Shown: positions 26,969 through 37,871, numbered from the whole stretch's first letter. The stretch is 60,222 nucleotides of DNA, filler included, from Nitrospirae bacterium MYbin3 (GCA_002753335.1; 4 parts of 4 records of this genome joined end to end with filler, not necessarily neighbours in it), one strand, 5' to 3'. Notes: generated from the sequence alone by a model not told the origin. Made by a program: numbers and translations.

Positions 26969-29900
26969 CTATGACGCCCAATACTGAGCAAGCACCTGCT
27001 GCGTTTCCTGAGGTTTTTGTTGTATCGCATCGCTCCAGCTGCTCAGGTTGTTGCTTGCTGTAAACGTGGCCATCGCCTGTATAAGTTGGCTTACCTGTTT
27101 TGCCTCAAGACACATTCCGTTAGCAGCATTGAACTCTTCTATCAGGTACGACCTGTGTTCTTCATCCCTATTACATCCGCTGCCGGTTGTAGAAAACCAG
27201 TTCTCTATGGTCATGCGGTCGGATGAGCCGTTTAGCGCTATATCAAGGTCGCTGCCTGCTCTCGAATAGATCAGCTCCAGAGGATTGACCTCAAACGATA
27301 TCTCGTTTTCATAATCGTCATCATCATCTCTTTTATAGTTAGAGGAAGATTTAATAATGTCATACCCATCGCCTCTGCCGAATACTATCGTGTCTTCACC
27401 TTGACCTGTATATACGATGTCATCTCCTGCGCCACCCTGAATTATGTTCTTTCCGCTCTCCCCATAAATGATGTCATTGCCTTTGCCCCCCAAAAGGGTA
27501 TCGTCACCGTTGCCTCCGAACAAAATATCATTTCCATTTCCTCCGTCCAGTACGTCTCTTCCATTGTCTCCGTAGATTTTGTCGTTACCGACTTCCCCGT
27601 ATAAAAAATCGTTGCCATTTGATCCATAGATGATATCGTTGCTGAGTCCTGCATAAACTGCGTCATTGCCCTGATAGGCATAAACAGTGTCGTCATGCCT
27701 GCCTGTCCTGATAACATCGCTCTTTTTCGTGCCGTAAGTGGTTTTGGATTCAATGACGAGGTCCGACATGTTCATGATGCTCCCATCCGCAAATGCAATT
27801 TTCTCGATGGGCTGACTGCCGACAGATGATAGTTGTATGTCTATGCCCTCTGAAGTTTCGTTGCCTTCGGCATCAAGGAGACGTAAATGAGCAATCCCTT
27901 GCTGCATGCGAATAACGGTGTGATCAAAATCAATGCCGTTGCCCATCTGAATAGTGTCCACACCAGCGGCATCATTAATAGTGTCGAGACCGTCGCCTAT
28001 GTTGTAAACATAAGTGTCATTGCCAATCCCTCCGTTAAGGACATCGTTGTTTGCGCCGCCCCGCAATATATCATTGCCTTCTCCTGCATTGATGATATCA
28101 GCCCCGGCGCCTGCATCTATGAAATCGTCTCCCGCTCCGGATGAAATCACATCATTACCTTCGAATGTTGTGATACGGTCAACCACATTTGTACCGTTTA
28201 TTACATCATTGCCTGTAGTGCCTGTAAGGTCGAAACCCTTGGCCAATAATTGATCATATGTAAGTTTCGTTCCGTCGGCAAACTGAAAGGTCTCTATAGT
28301 GCGGGTTCCGTAAGCATCGCTTGGATTGAAATTCTCAAGATGAATCTCATCTCCGGCAATACCGGTTTTGATGAGAAGAGAGCCGAGGCTTAAGCTCAAG
28401 GAAGCCGGGGTAATACCCGCTCCGAAGACCAATGTATTGCCTTCAGTTAAGGTTGCAATGTCGTTTATACGGTCAATTCCGTCACCGGGGTTGTAGATAT
28501 ATGTGTCATTGCCCGCGCCACCGTTCAGAATATCATTGCCCATACCGCCCTGTAATATATCATTCCCTTCCGAGCCTGCTAATATATTATTTCCGGCATT
28601 ACCGATGATTATATTGTCGAGGTTGTTGCCTGTTCCCCTAGTAGCAGTATCACCGGTAATCGCAAGGTTTTCCACATTGCTGCCGAGCGTGTAATCAACT
28701 ACTGCATATACTGTGTCTGTTCCTTCGACAGCATTTTCGATTACCGTGTCTCCGGTGTTGTCTACAATGTATGTGTCGTTGCCTGTGCCACCCATCATTG
28801 TATCTGCGCCTGCCGAGCCATCGAGTCTGTTGTTTCCTGTATTGCCGATAATCGTGTTGTTCAGTTCGTTGCCTGTAGCATCGATGTTGTCCACACCAGT
28901 AAGAGTCAGGTTTTCAAGATTGGCTCCTAATGTGTAGGCCATGCTTGAATTGACGGTGTCCGTCCCTTCGTCCGCGTTCTCGGCAATCGCATCTCCTGTA
29001 TTGTCGACGTAGTAGGTGTCATCACCCAAGCCGCCCGACATTGTGTCCGCGCCTGCTCCGCCATTGATAACATCGTTGCCGTCACCGCCGTAAATTGCAT
29101 CATTCCCATCACCTGCATTAATTGTATCGTTGCCTCCAAATGCTGTGATGCGGTCAACCACATTTGTGCCGTTGATTGTGTCGTCGCCAGTTGTTCCCGT
29201 AAGGTCGAATCCCTTGGCCAATAATTGATCGTATGTAAGTTTCATTCCGTCGGCGAACTGAAAAATCTCTATAGTGCGGGTTCCGTAAGCATCGCTTGGA
29301 TTGAAGTTTTCGAGATGAATCTCATCTCCTGCATTTCCGGTCTTGATGAGCAAAGAGCCGAGGCTTAAGCTTAGAGACTCAGGCGTGATGCCTGCACCGA
29401 AGGCCAATGTATTGCCTTCGGTTAAAGTTGCAATATCGTTTATGCGGTCAATTCCGTCTCCGACATTATAAATGTATGTGTCATTGCCTGCGCCGCCGTT
29501 AAGTATATCGTTGCCTTTGCCGCCGATTAACGTATCAGCGCCATCTCCACCCGTAATGGTATCATCGCCCGCCGTTCCGTTATTGTTGTCAACCGATTCA
29601 AACAGGTTGCCGGTGCGAGCATAAGAAGCCGCGTATTCTCCACCTGCAGCAGAAACCGTACCGGTCAATTCAAAAGCAGAAGTCATATCGCTTGCCAATT
29701 GAACAGGAGCATCGGAAGATGAAGACAATATCTCATTTTGTAATGCCTGCACAATGCCGCCAAGATCAAATATGCGGGTCCCGCCTTCACCGATAAACTG
29801 AACACGCAGTTGTGCTTGGGGGTACTCCTCAAAATTTCCTGAGTCGCCCATAGCAAGCCATGGGATTGTAATGCTGTCCTGAGTTCCGTTTATAGACAAT

Positions 29901-32900
29901 ACCAGATCATACGAATAGCCGGATCCGTTTGCATAGAGTGATATATCATCAGCCGTTATATCATTGCCGAAAGAGATGGTGTGAACGTTATCCGGCGTAC
30001 TATAGTACCTGTCAACAAAATCATTCCCATCGCCCCTATTAAAGGCATATACGTCGTTGCCGGACATTCCAACAAGATAGTCATCTCCCTTCCCCCCGGC
30101 TATAACATCGTCGCCTTCTCCGCCTTCTACATAATCATTCCCTGAACCAGCGCTCAAGGCATCATTGCCGGCTTCGCCGGATAAAAAATCGGCCCTGCCG
30201 AGTGCGTCTATCTTGTCGTCACCGCCGCCGCCCAAAATAAAATCCTCCGCAACGCTTCCACGCAATAAATCGGCATCTTCGGTGCCAAACTGGTCGCCTA
30301 CGATACCGCCATCGGCCTTGCCCAATATTTGGTCAAGCGTCAATTCCTGTCCATCGGCAAAAACAAAGCGCTGCATCGCAAGGTCGGATATAGACATATT
30401 TGCACCTTCTCCGCCATCCCCTCTGATAATCGCTCCTTCCTCATTGCCTATTCCGATAGCAACCCTCGGACCGCTCCAGCCGTTAGGATCACTTGTCTGA
30501 ATGCTCAAATCCTCAGGCGTAATCCCCTCGCCAAACGCAATGGTATTGTATCCGCCACTTGCGCCCATGCCGGTCTGAATAGTGTCGAAACCGCCGCCTC
30601 GTTCTACAATGTAAGTGTTTTCCGAATAAGGCCGACTCCAAAAATAATCATCCCCAGCCGTACCCCTCACGATTTTTAAATCGTCCCTGCCGTCTATCTC
30701 GGCTGAGGTTAGCACCGTGCCGTCCGCAAACTCAAAGTTCTCTATTTTTGATCCGCTCTGCGTATCAAACCAGTCGCCTATAACAATCTTATCCGCCGAG
30801 TCTCCGAGGCTTATCACAAGATTGTAATCCTGCCTGCTGAGAACGAGTTCGTCTTTTGTGATCCCCTCGCCGAATTTGACCTTATCTATATCGGTACCAG
30901 TCCAATCTTCTTCACTTATGAAGTCCTCTCCGTCTCCCCTGTTAAAGACATAGATATCGCTGCCTGAGCCGCCGGATGTATAGTCATTACCTGTTCCGCC
31001 CTCCAAATAGTCGTCACCCGCATCTCCGTAAAAAACATCATCTCCGTCGCCGCCATCAAGTATGTCGCTGCCTGAGCCGCCGTAAAGACTGTCGGAATCC
31101 GCGCCGCCTATAAGAATATCATCGTCCGAACCTCCGGAGAGCGTATCATTTCCAGCTCCCCCATTCATATAATCATTGCCGTTATCTCCTTGATAGCTAA
31201 TGTCCGAAAGCCAGTCGTCCCCGTCATCTCCATAAAGCCGGTCATCCCCTATGCCGCCATTAAGGGAATCGTTGCCCTCTCCGCCCATAAGAAGATCATT
31301 TCCAGCTTCGCCGTAAAGCCCAAAACCGCAACCCGTGTCATCCCCTGCTCCCCCATTTATTGTGTCGTCTCCTTCGCCGCCCATAATTAAATCGGTGCCC
31401 GCACCGCCGTTCATTACGTCGTTGCCTGAGTTTCCCGCCATTGTGTCGCTGCCTTCGTGACCCAGCATCTCGTCGTTGAACTTGGAACCGGTCAAGATGT
31501 CATTGTCAGCTGTGCCGAATACCTTGTAGCCTCCTGCGTCAATATCCGGAGAACTCAATACTGTTCCATCGGCAAATCTGAACTGTTCTGCCCGATACCA
31601 TCCGCCGTTAAACCAACTCTGTATCGTCAGGCTGTCGGTCGTGCCTTTGAGGGATATTTTTAAGTCCCAGTCCACTTTGATGAACTCCACATCGTTACGG
31701 GTTATGCCCGCTTCAAACTCTATCGCATCTGAGTTCCCATCATAATCCCAGATGACGTCCTGCCCGCTGCCTATGCTGAAGATATATGTGTCGTTGCCGG
31801 ATTCTCCATAAAGCCAATCATTGCCGCTTCCCCCGCTGATTACATCGTTTCCGGTTCCGCTCCATATTTGGTCACTGCCGGAATCACCGTAGATTGTATT
31901 GATTCCGTTGCTTGCCACTATAATGTCATCGCCTGCGCCGCCTTCTACATAGTCGTCACCCGATCCGCCCTGTATCTGGTCGTTGCCATCGTCTCCGTAT
32001 ATAGTGTTAACGCCATCTCCCGCAACTATAACATCGTCGCCTGAGCCTCCCTCTACATAGTCGTCGCCGCTTCCGGTTAAAACTTGGTCGGTTCCGTCAT
32101 CGGCATATATCGTGTTAGCGCCTTCGCCCGCAGTTATAGTGTCATCACCCGTTCCGCCTTCGATATAATCGTTGCCTGCTTCTCCGTAGATTTTGTCGTT
32201 GCCTTCGTCTCCGTACAGATCGTTGTTTCCTGTTCCGCCCCAGATTTGGTCTGATCCGTCGCCGCCATATATCTCGTCATCCCCGTCGTTGCCTGCAAGT
32301 TTGTCGTCGCCAAGGCCGCCTTCCATGCTGTCATTGCCTGCGTCGCCCTGTAATCCGTCGTTACCATCGCCACCGTACATTTGATCGCTACCTTCGCCAC
32401 CGAGCAGTGTGTCTTTGCCTGCTTCTCCGTCCAAGTAATCGTCGCCGCTGTCGCCTTGAAGCCAGTCATCTCCATCCCCGCCAAAGACTTCATCATCACC
32501 GGCCTGTGCCAATAAAGTATCGTTGCCAGCCTCGCCATCCAAGTAGTCGTTGCCTGATCCTACTGCTCCGTTGTCTCCCTCTATGTTATCGTTTCCGTCT
32601 CCACCGAAAAGCGTATCGTTACCGCCGTATCCGACAAGTCTGTCGTCGCCTGCTTCTCCGTCGAGATAGTCGTTGCCTTGTTCGGCAATTGCAGTATCAT
32701 TCGAATCACCGTGCAGGTTGTCGTTGCCGTCGCCGCCGAAGATGGAGTCAGACCCGGCAGTTCCTAAGATGGTATCCGTATCCGCTTCTCCATCAAGGTA
32801 GTCATCACCGTCATCGCCTTGAAGGTAGTCATTGCCATCACCTCCAAACAGGTCGTCCGATCCGGCATATCCGTAGATGGTGTCGTTTCCTGCTCCACCG

Positions 32901-33055
32901 TCTATGTAGTCGTCTCCTTGTTCGGCAAGGGTAGTGTCATCGGCATCGCCATACAGTGTGTCATTACCCGCTCCGCCGTCTATGAAATCATTTTTTCCTT
33001 CACCGATTACAGTATCATCCCCATCTCCCGCATATACTTCATCGTCGCCGCCTAG
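26969..33055 (-). CDS. Large RTX calcium-binding protein, T1SS substrate (5' end lost at contig gap)
   Basis: Many GGxGxD nonapeptides and C-terminal QLIQAMATF. The frame stays open upstream of 32542 to the contig end (LGGDDEVYAGDG...). Confidence 0.92.
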   Translation of the reverse strand, partial: LGGDDEVYAGDGDDTVIGEGKNDFIDGGAGNDTLYGDADDTTLAEQGDDYIDGGAGNDTIYGYAGSDDLFGGDGNDYLQGDDGDDYLDGEADTDTILGTAGSDSIFGGDGNDNLHGDSNDTAIAEQGNDYLDGEAGDDRLVGYGGNDTLFGGDGNDNIEGDNGAVGSGNDYLDGEAGNDTLLAQAGDDEVFGGDGDDWLQGDSGDDYLDGEAGKDTLLGGEGSDQMYGGDGNDGLQGDAGNDSMEGGLGDDKLAGNDGDDEIYGGDGSDQIWGGTGNNDLYGDEGNDKIYGEAGNDYIEGGTGDDTITAGEGANTIYADDGTDQVLTGSGDDYVEGGSGDDVIVAGDGVNTIYGDDGNDQIQGGSGDDYVEGGAGDDIIVASNGINTIYGDSGSDQIWSGTGNDVISGGSGNDWLYGESGNDTYIFSIGSGQDVIWDYDGNSDAIEFEAGITRNDVEFIKVDWDLKISLKGTTDSLTIQSWFNGGWYRAEQFRFADGTVLSSPDIDAGGYKVFGTADNDILTGSKFNDEMLGHEGSDTMAGNSGNDVMNGGAGTDLIMGGEGDDTINGGAGDDTGCGFGLYGEAGNDLLMGGEGNDSLNGGIGDDRLYGDDGDDWLSDISYQGDNGNDYMNGGAGNDTLSGGSDDDILIGGADSDSLYGGSGSDILDGGDGDDVFYGDAGDDYLEGGTGNDYTSGGSGSDIYVFNRGDGEDFISEEDWTGTDIDKVKFGEGITKDELVLSRQDYNLVISLGDSADKIVIGDWFDTQSGSKIENFEFADGTVLTSAEIDGRDDLKIVRGTAGDDYFWSRPYSENTYIVERGGGFDTIQTGMGASGGYNTIAFGEGITPEDLSIQTSDPNGWSGPRVAIGIGNEEGAIIRGDGGEGANMSISDLAMQRFVFADGQELTLDQILGKADGGIVGDQFGTEDADLLRGSVAEDFILGGGGDDKIDALGRADFLSGEAGNDALSAGSGNDYVEGGEGDDVIAGGKGDDYLVGMSGNDVYAFNRGDGNDFVDRYYSTPDNVHTISFGNDITADDISLYANGSGYSYDLVLSINGTQDSITIPWLAMGDSGNFEEYPQAQLRVQFIGEGGTRIFDLGGIVQALQNEILSSSSDAPVQLASDMTSAFELTGTVSAAGGEYAASYARTGNLFESVDNNNGTAGDDTITGGDGADTLIGGKGNDILNGGAGNDTYIYNVGDGIDRINDIATLTEGNTLAFGAGITPESLSLSLGSLLIKTGNAGDEIHLENFNPSDAYGTRTIEIFQFADGMKLTYDQLLAKGFDLTGTTGDDTINGTNVVDRITAFGGNDTINAGDGNDAIYGGDGNDVINGGAGADTMSGGLGDDTYYVDNTGDAIAENADEGTDTVNSSMAYTLGANLENLTLTGVDNIDATGNELNNTIIGNTGNNRLDGSAGADTMMGGTGNDTYIVDNTGDTVIENAVEGTDTVYAVVDYTLGSNVENLAITGDTATRGTGNNLDNIIIGNAGNNILAGSEGNDILQGGMGNDILNGGAGNDTYIYNPGDGIDRINDIATLTEGNTLVFGAGITPASLSLSLGSLLIKTGIAGDEIHLENFNPSDAYGTRTIETFQFADGTKLTYDQLLAKGFDLTGTTGNDVINGTNVVDRITTFEGNDVISSGAGDDFIDAGAGADIINAGEGNDILRGGANNDVLNGGIGNDTYVYNIGDGLDTINDAAGVDTIQMGNGIDFDHTVIRMQQGIAHLRLLDAEGNETSEGIDIQLSSVGSQPIEKIAFADGSIMNMSDLVIESKTTYGTKKSDVIRTGRHDDTVYAYQGNDAVYAGLSNDIIYGSNGNDFLYGEVGNDKIYGDNGRDVLDGGNGNDILFGGNGDDTLLGGKGNDIIYGESGKNIIQGGAGDDIVYTGQGEDTIVFGRGDGYDIIKSSSNYKRDDDDDYENEISFEVNPLELIYSRAGSDLDIALNGSSDRMTIENWFSTTGSGCNRDEEHRSYLIEEFNAANGMCLEAKQVSQLIQAMATFTASNNLSSWSDAIQQKPQETQQVLAQYWAS
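28153..29520 (-). repeat. Internal ~390-bp duplication in the RTX gene (approx. 28153-28545 and 29128-29520)
   Basis: Near-identical blocks GDGIDRINDIATLTEGNTL...ENFNPSDAYGTRTIE...GTNVVDRIT, offset 975 bp. Confidence 0.85.
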
Positions 33056-33155
33056 NNNNNNNNNNNNNNNNNNNNNNNNNNNNNNNNNNNNNNNNNNNNT
33101 TAATTAATTAANNNNNNNNNNNNNNNNNNNNNNNNNNNNNNNNNNNNNNNNNNNN
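33056..33155. other. Artificial contig linker
   Basis: N44-TTAATTAATTAA-N44. Confidence 0.98.
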
Positions 33156-33227
33156 AAAGTGGACACCAGTAAAATAAGAGGAGGTGTCAAATGGAAAGGG
33201 TTCCTAACGGGAAGTACACGAAGGAGT
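33156..33227 (+). mobile_element. Fragment of a second, non-identical IS3 copy (left end plus orfA start)
   Basis: aaagtggacacc...ATGGAAAGGGTTCCTAACGGGAAGTACACG resembles the reverse complement of 34389-34467. Confidence 0.8.
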
Positions 33228-33261
33228 TGAGCTGTGATGTCAATAGTGGACACCAAATTCT

Positions 33262-34125
33262 TCATGCCACAGTCCTTTTTTCATAGAGTTGTTTTTCATA
33301 AGCGGAAGGGGATAGGTATCCGAGCCGAGCCTGAGTTCTCTGATGGTTATAGAAAACCTCTATATATTCAGTGATGTCATCAATAGCTTCTTGCCTGGTT
33401 TTGTAATGGCGATGGTAAACAAGTTCGTTTTTAAGCGTTCCCCAAAAACTCTCCATCGGCGCATTGTCATAGCAATTGCCCTTTCTACTCATTGAAGCCA
33501 CAATGCCTAACTGAGCAAGCAGCCTTCTGTATTCATGTGCACAGTACTGGCTTCCACGGTCTGAATGATGGATAAGACCCTTGCCAGGTCGTCTGGAGGC
33601 CACCGCCTTAAACAACGATCGGCTGACAAGTTCCTTTTTCATGCTGTCGGACATGGCATATCCAACAATCTTGCCGCTGCATATATCCTTATGTGCTGCA
33701 AGGTATAACCATCCCTCCTCAGTCGGTATATAGGTGATGTCTGAGACCCATACTTGATTTAGCACAGTTGCCTCAAAACGCTGATTAAGAATATTTTCTG
33801 CCACAGGCAGTTTATGCTTGGAATCTGTAGTGGCTTTAAACTTCTTCTTCTGTTTACATCTTATGCCGAGTTTTTTACGAATACGCCTGATTCGGCATAT
33901 CCCAACCTTAACTCCTTGTCCCGAAAGGTTATCTTTCAGACGCACAGGTCCATATGTCCCCCGTGTCTGCTTGTGCGCCGCCAGTATGTATATCTCCAGT
34001 ACTGCTTCTTCCTTTGCCCTCACTGAAGGCTCCCTGTTAAGCCATGCATAATATCCGCTGGCAGAGACCTTCAATACTCGCCTAAGAGATGGCACTGGAT
34101 ACCGGAGCCGTAATTTCTCTATCAT
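33262..34125 (-). CDS. IS3 transposase OrfB (DDE integrase core)
   Basis: WVSDITYI, HHSDRGSQY, GNCYDNAPMESF. Confidence 0.92.
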   Translation of the reverse strand: MIEKLRLRYPVPSLRRVLKVSASGYYAWLNREPSVRAKEEAVLEIYILAAHKQTRGTYGPVRLKDNLSGQGVKVGICRIRRIRKKLGIRCKQKKKFKATTDSKHKLPVAENILNQRFEATVLNQVWVSDITYIPTEEGWLYLAAHKDICSGKIVGYAMSDSMKKELVSRSLFKAVASRRPGKGLIHHSDRGSQYCAHEYRRLLAQLGIVASMSRKGNCYDNAPMESFWGTLKNELVYHRHYKTRQEAIDDITEYIEVFYNHQRTQARLGYLSPSAYEKQLYEKRTVA

Positions 34126-34424
34126 CGCGCACCTCGCTGCGACTCCTTTGCAAAGTACGCTGCCGCTTTATGTCTCGCTCCATCTTAACCTCAGCAAGTT
34201 CACGTTTCAGCCTAGCCAGCTCCACCTCTTCCTCGCTCAGTATCCGATGCTTCTTGCCTACATCTCCGAGCTTCCCGTTTGCCTTTACCCAGTTGCCTAT
34301 GCTTGATGGTGGCACCGATAACCTCCTGCCAACCTCCGGTATCGATAGTCCACTCTCTTCCACCAAACTTTGCCGCCTCTTCTCTAAACTCCTTCGTGTA
34401 CTTCCCGTTAGGAACTCTTTCCAT
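34122..34424 (-). pseudogene. IS3 OrfA, frameshifted
   Basis: MERVPNGKYTKEFREEAAK shifts frame at about 34366 (AAGTTTGGTG). The A-rich slippery site near 34170 also appears shortened. Confidence 0.75.
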
Positions 34425-34597
34425 TTGACAACTCCTCTTAATTTTACTCTTTTTTGGTGTCCACTTTATTTCAGCTTACCTCAGGCTTATTTTGATGGTG
34501 GATTTAGGGCACCACCATATGTTGACATTACCTGCTGATAAATGCTTTGCTATAGTGTATGCCGAGGTATGCTATATAAAATATGCGAGGTAAGTTT

Positions 34598-35050
34598 ATG
34601 AACATATCGGGCGGTTTGCCAAAGACTGAAAGGGTGGCTGAAAGGCTGGGAGCAGCACCGCGTAAACCAGACTCAGAAAGGGGGTTTACCCTCATCGAGA
34701 TACTCATAGTTGTAATGATAATCGGTCTTATTGCTTCTTTAATCGCGCCGAATATTTTAAACCGCTTTGAGAGTTCGAAAGAGCAGCTTACCACCGCCCA
34801 GATAGAGCTTCTGTCAACGTCTGTGCAGTCATTTTATCTTGATGTCGGCAGGTGTCCAACTACCCTGAATGAGCTGATTTCCTCTACAGATAAGCACTGG
34901 CGCGGCCCATATCTGTCAAAGCAGGTTATCCCCCAGGACCCCTGGCACAGAGACTACCAGTATAAGTGCCCGGGTGAGCATGGCCGTTTTGATATCTTCT
35001 CTCTCGGCCCAAACGGCAAGATTGATGACAAGATCATCAAGAACTGGTAG
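34598..35050 (+). CDS. gspG: Type II secretion major pseudopilin G
   Basis: RGFTLIEILIVV prepilin site, WRGPYL, DPW...YQY, SLGPNG. Confidence 0.9.
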   Translation: MNISGGLPKTERVAERLGAAPRKPDSERGFTLIEILIVVMIIGLIASLIAPNILNRFESSKEQLTTAQIELLSTSVQSFYLDVGRCPTTLNELISSTDKHWRGPYLSKQVIPQDPWHRDYQYKCPGEHGRFDIFSLGPNGKIDDKIIKNW

Positions 35051-35083
35051 CCCCAACCCAAGCTCCCACCGGGGTGTTATCAA

Positions 35084-35675
35084 ATGCTCATAGGGCAGCT
35101 ATTATCTGAGCTCTTCGGTATCGGTAGCAGCGAAATAGATAAGGCCATCGAACTCCAAAAAGAAGTTGGCGGCTACATAGGGCAGATACTGATCAGCATG
35201 GGGGCGGTTAATGAAATCCAGCTTATGGCTGCCCTGTCTAAGCAACTGGGCATCCCTCTGTTTGATAAAGAATCTCATTCTGAGATAAATACAGATTTTT
35301 ACGCAAAGATTGCCGGTCTAATAGATACCGAATATCTCTTAAGGCAAAACTACCTGCCCATCGCGGCTGAATTCACCGAAGGACAGGAGGACACACCCAT
35401 CAGGTGCCGCTCTATTGTCTTTATCACCAATGATCCACTGAAGTCATCAGTCTTAGATTATGCCTCAAAGGTGCTTGGCTGCTACCCTGTCCTTATGCTT
35501 GCACCCGGGCAGGTGATAAACGAGCTGGCAAGGCCGCTTCATTCGTTTGACAAAGACCTTGTCTCGCTTACCGTTGACGACAACCCCGAACTGCTCAGGG
35601 AAATGGCCTCAGAGGCACCGGTGATTAAGTTTCTGAACAATGTGCTCAGTAATGCCGTAGAGCTTAGGGCGTCGG
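35084..35675 (+). CDS. gspE: GspE/PilB-type secretion ATPase, N-terminal part (truncated by gap)
   Basis: LIGQLL...IGQILISMG N-domain; EMASEAPVIKFLNNVLSNAVELRAS; follows gspG. Confidence 0.8.
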
Positions 35676-35775
35676 NNNNNNNNNNNNNNNNNNNNNNNNN
35701 NNNNNNNNNNNNNNNNNNNTTAATTAATTAANNNNNNNNNNNNNNNNNNNNNNNNNNNNNNNNNNNNNNNNNNNN
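35676..35775. other. Artificial contig linker
   Basis: N44-TTAATTAATTAA-N44. Confidence 0.98.
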
Positions 35776-36162
35776 TCATTTGCGTTAGACGCTTCACAAT
35801 ATCTTATAGCCTTTTCAATATGTTATCAATCACAACCCCTAATGGCGGTCATTAGAAATTATCCACTAACGACTTTTCTGGGTTTAATAAAGAATTATCT
35901 TCAACAAATTCACGACTAATCTCGCAGGCTTGTTTTTTGCAACTCTCTCCACCCGAGAAATATGTAAACTCCAGAGTTTTTTGTAAAAAAGCTTCTTTCT
36001 CATGAATTTCTCTGTTCATTGGTATCACCAGAAAACAAATACCGAAATAATCAGATAGCCAGATAATAAGTCCCTCCATAACAAATGAGTGTAAGGATAT
36101 CCCTATCGATATATCCCAAATTTGACTTCATATCATCCATGCTACATACTAAAAATCAACAT

Positions 36163-36948
36163 ATGGACAGCATTATTCAGATAGACAATCTCGTCACCCA
36201 CTATGGTGACAGGCAAGTCCTAAAGCATATTTCTTTTTCTGCTCCTCGCGGCAAGACAACCGTTATATTGGGCGGAAGCGGCTGCGGCAAAAGCACGCTG
36301 CTCAAGCATTTGATAGGGCTTTTAAAACCTTCATCAGGCCGAATACTGATAAACGGCAAAGACATAACCAGCCTTGACGAAGAGGGATTGAACGCAGTTA
36401 GAAAAAAATTGGGCATACTGTTCCAAGGCTCGGCATTGCTAAATTCCATGACCATAGCAGACAATGTGGCGCTGCCGTTGAGAGAGCACACAAAACTTGA
36501 AGAATCGACCATCGGAATAATGGTTAGAATGAAGCTTGATCTTGTGGGGCTTTCGGGATTCGAGCATTTTTACCCGTCCCAACTTTCGGGTGGAATGAAG
36601 AAGAGGGCCGGACTTGCAAGGGCTATTGCACTTGAGCCTGAGCTGCTTTTTTTCGATGAACCGTCAGCAGGCCTCGACCCTGTAACTGCAGCAGGCCTTG
36701 ATGAACTGATAATCAAACTCAGGAATGTTTTTCATATGTCGATAATCGTTGTAACACATGAACTGCCGAGTGTATTCGCCATTGCTGATTATGTTATCAT
36801 GCTTGACGCAGGACAGGTCATATTCGCAGGAACACTCGATGAATTCAGAGTTTCAAATCAGGACAGGATAAAAATGTTTCTTGAGCGCAGACCTGAATCG
36901 GCTGCATATTCCCCTGACGATTATTTCAGGTTTATAGCTGGCAACTAA
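36163..36948 (+). CDS. mlaF: MCE-system ABC ATP-binding protein
   Basis: GGSGCGKST, LSGGMKKRAGLARA, FDEPSAGLDP; start chosen at ATG 36163. Confidence 0.88.
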   Translation: MDSIIQIDNLVTHYGDRQVLKHISFSAPRGKTTVILGGSGCGKSTLLKHLIGLLKPSSGRILINGKDITSLDEEGLNAVRKKLGILFQGSALLNSMTIADNVALPLREHTKLEESTIGIMVRMKLDLVGLSGFEHFYPSQLSGGMKKRAGLARAIALEPELLFFDEPSAGLDPVTAAGLDELIIKLRNVFHMSIIVVTHELPSVFAIADYVIMLDAGQVIFAGTLDEFRVSNQDRIKMFLERRPESAAYSPDDYFRFIAGN

Positions 36949-36962
36949 CGGAGGAATTTCTT

Positions 36963-37871
36963 TTGGCGTATCTGAAAGAAGAGATAAAAGCGGGAGCAAT
37001 AATCATAGCTGCCATTCTGATATTAAGCGGTTTTGTGATATTCATAGGCGGAAGCGGCCTTTTCGAAAAGTTCGACACCTATTACGTTAAAGTTACAAAC
37101 TCTGCGGGGCTTGAAGAAGGCGCTCAGGTCAGGCTCGGCGGTGTGCGAGTGGGAAGAGTGCTGAATATCAAAACTCCTGAAACTGCCGGAGAGCCGGTTG
37201 CAATTACCTTAGGAATAAAAAAAGGCACCCCGGTTTTTAAAGACAGCAAAGCCGTAATTACTCAAATCGGATTGGTCGGAGACCTCTATTTATTGCTTAC
37301 GCTAGGCAATGCGGGAGCCGAAAAGCTAAAGCCCGGAGACCTAATCCCTGCCGAAGAGCAGATGCAGTTCGGAGAAATGATGGCCAAGGTAGGCGGCATA
37401 TCCCAATCGGTTGACTCTTTGATAAAGGATGTCAACGGCATCTTCAGCAAAAAGAACAGCCAAAATATCGAGAAAATCATTGATACAGCAGATAAGACGC
37501 TCGCATCCGGCTCATCAAATCTCGACAAGATAGCGACCTCTCTTAAAAATACTAACGACAAACTCAGCCGCATTCTCGGCGAACTTGAAGATATTATAAA
37601 AGAAACCAAAGGGGATGCAACTAACTTGCTTAAAAAAGCTAAGGACGGAATAGACAAGGCAAACGTCATGATGAAAGCTATAGAGAATGCGGCCTCTGAT
37701 GTAGGAAAAACATCAAAGGCGGTAGGAGTTTCAGTTGATCAGCAATCAAAAAATATAGAGGCATTAATACTTACACTTCAAAAAACAAGCGAAGACCTGA
37801 GAGATGTAATGCATGAGATTAAGAATAAACCGTGGAGCATAATTCATAAAGAAAGGAGCGGAAATGAATAA
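36963..37871 (+). CDS. mlaD: MCE/MlaD family protein with helical extension
   Basis: TM helix, GLEEGAQVRLGGVRVGRV, long coiled coil. Confidence 0.88.
   Translation: MAYLKEEIKAGAIIIAAILILSGFVIFIGGSGLFEKFDTYYVKVTNSAGLEEGAQVRLGGVRVGRVLNIKTPETAGEPVAITLGIKKGTPVFKDSKAVITQIGLVGDLYLLLTLGNAGAEKLKPGDLIPAEEQMQFGEMMAKVGGISQSVDSLIKDVNGIFSKKNSQNIEKIIDTADKTLASGSSNLDKIATSLKNTNDKLSRILGELEDIIKETKGDATNLLKKAKDGIDKANVMMKAIENAASDVGKTSKAVGVSVDQQSKNIEALILTLQKTSEDLRDVMHEIKNKPWSIIHKERSGNE

Larger units (their letters stand above)
33228..34483 (-). mobile_element. IS3-family insertion sequence (~1.26 kb), decayed
   Basis: Terminal IRs TGAGCTGTGATGTCAATAGTGGACACC and TGAGGTAAGCTGAAATAAAGTGGACACC; orfA plus orfB. Confidence 0.88.

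Noticed and set aside
26969..33055. Periodic repeats as a CRISPR array or VNTR
   Set aside because: They are in-frame RTX nonapeptide codons. No repeat-spacer array or cas gene is seen anywhere in the window.
32407..33055. Plus-strand Arg/His-rich ORFs
   Set aside because: Antisense shadows of the RTX gene, whose frame continues to the contig end.
35852..36079. 75-aa minus-strand ORF
   Set aside because: No recognisable domain, near a contig end; not supportable.
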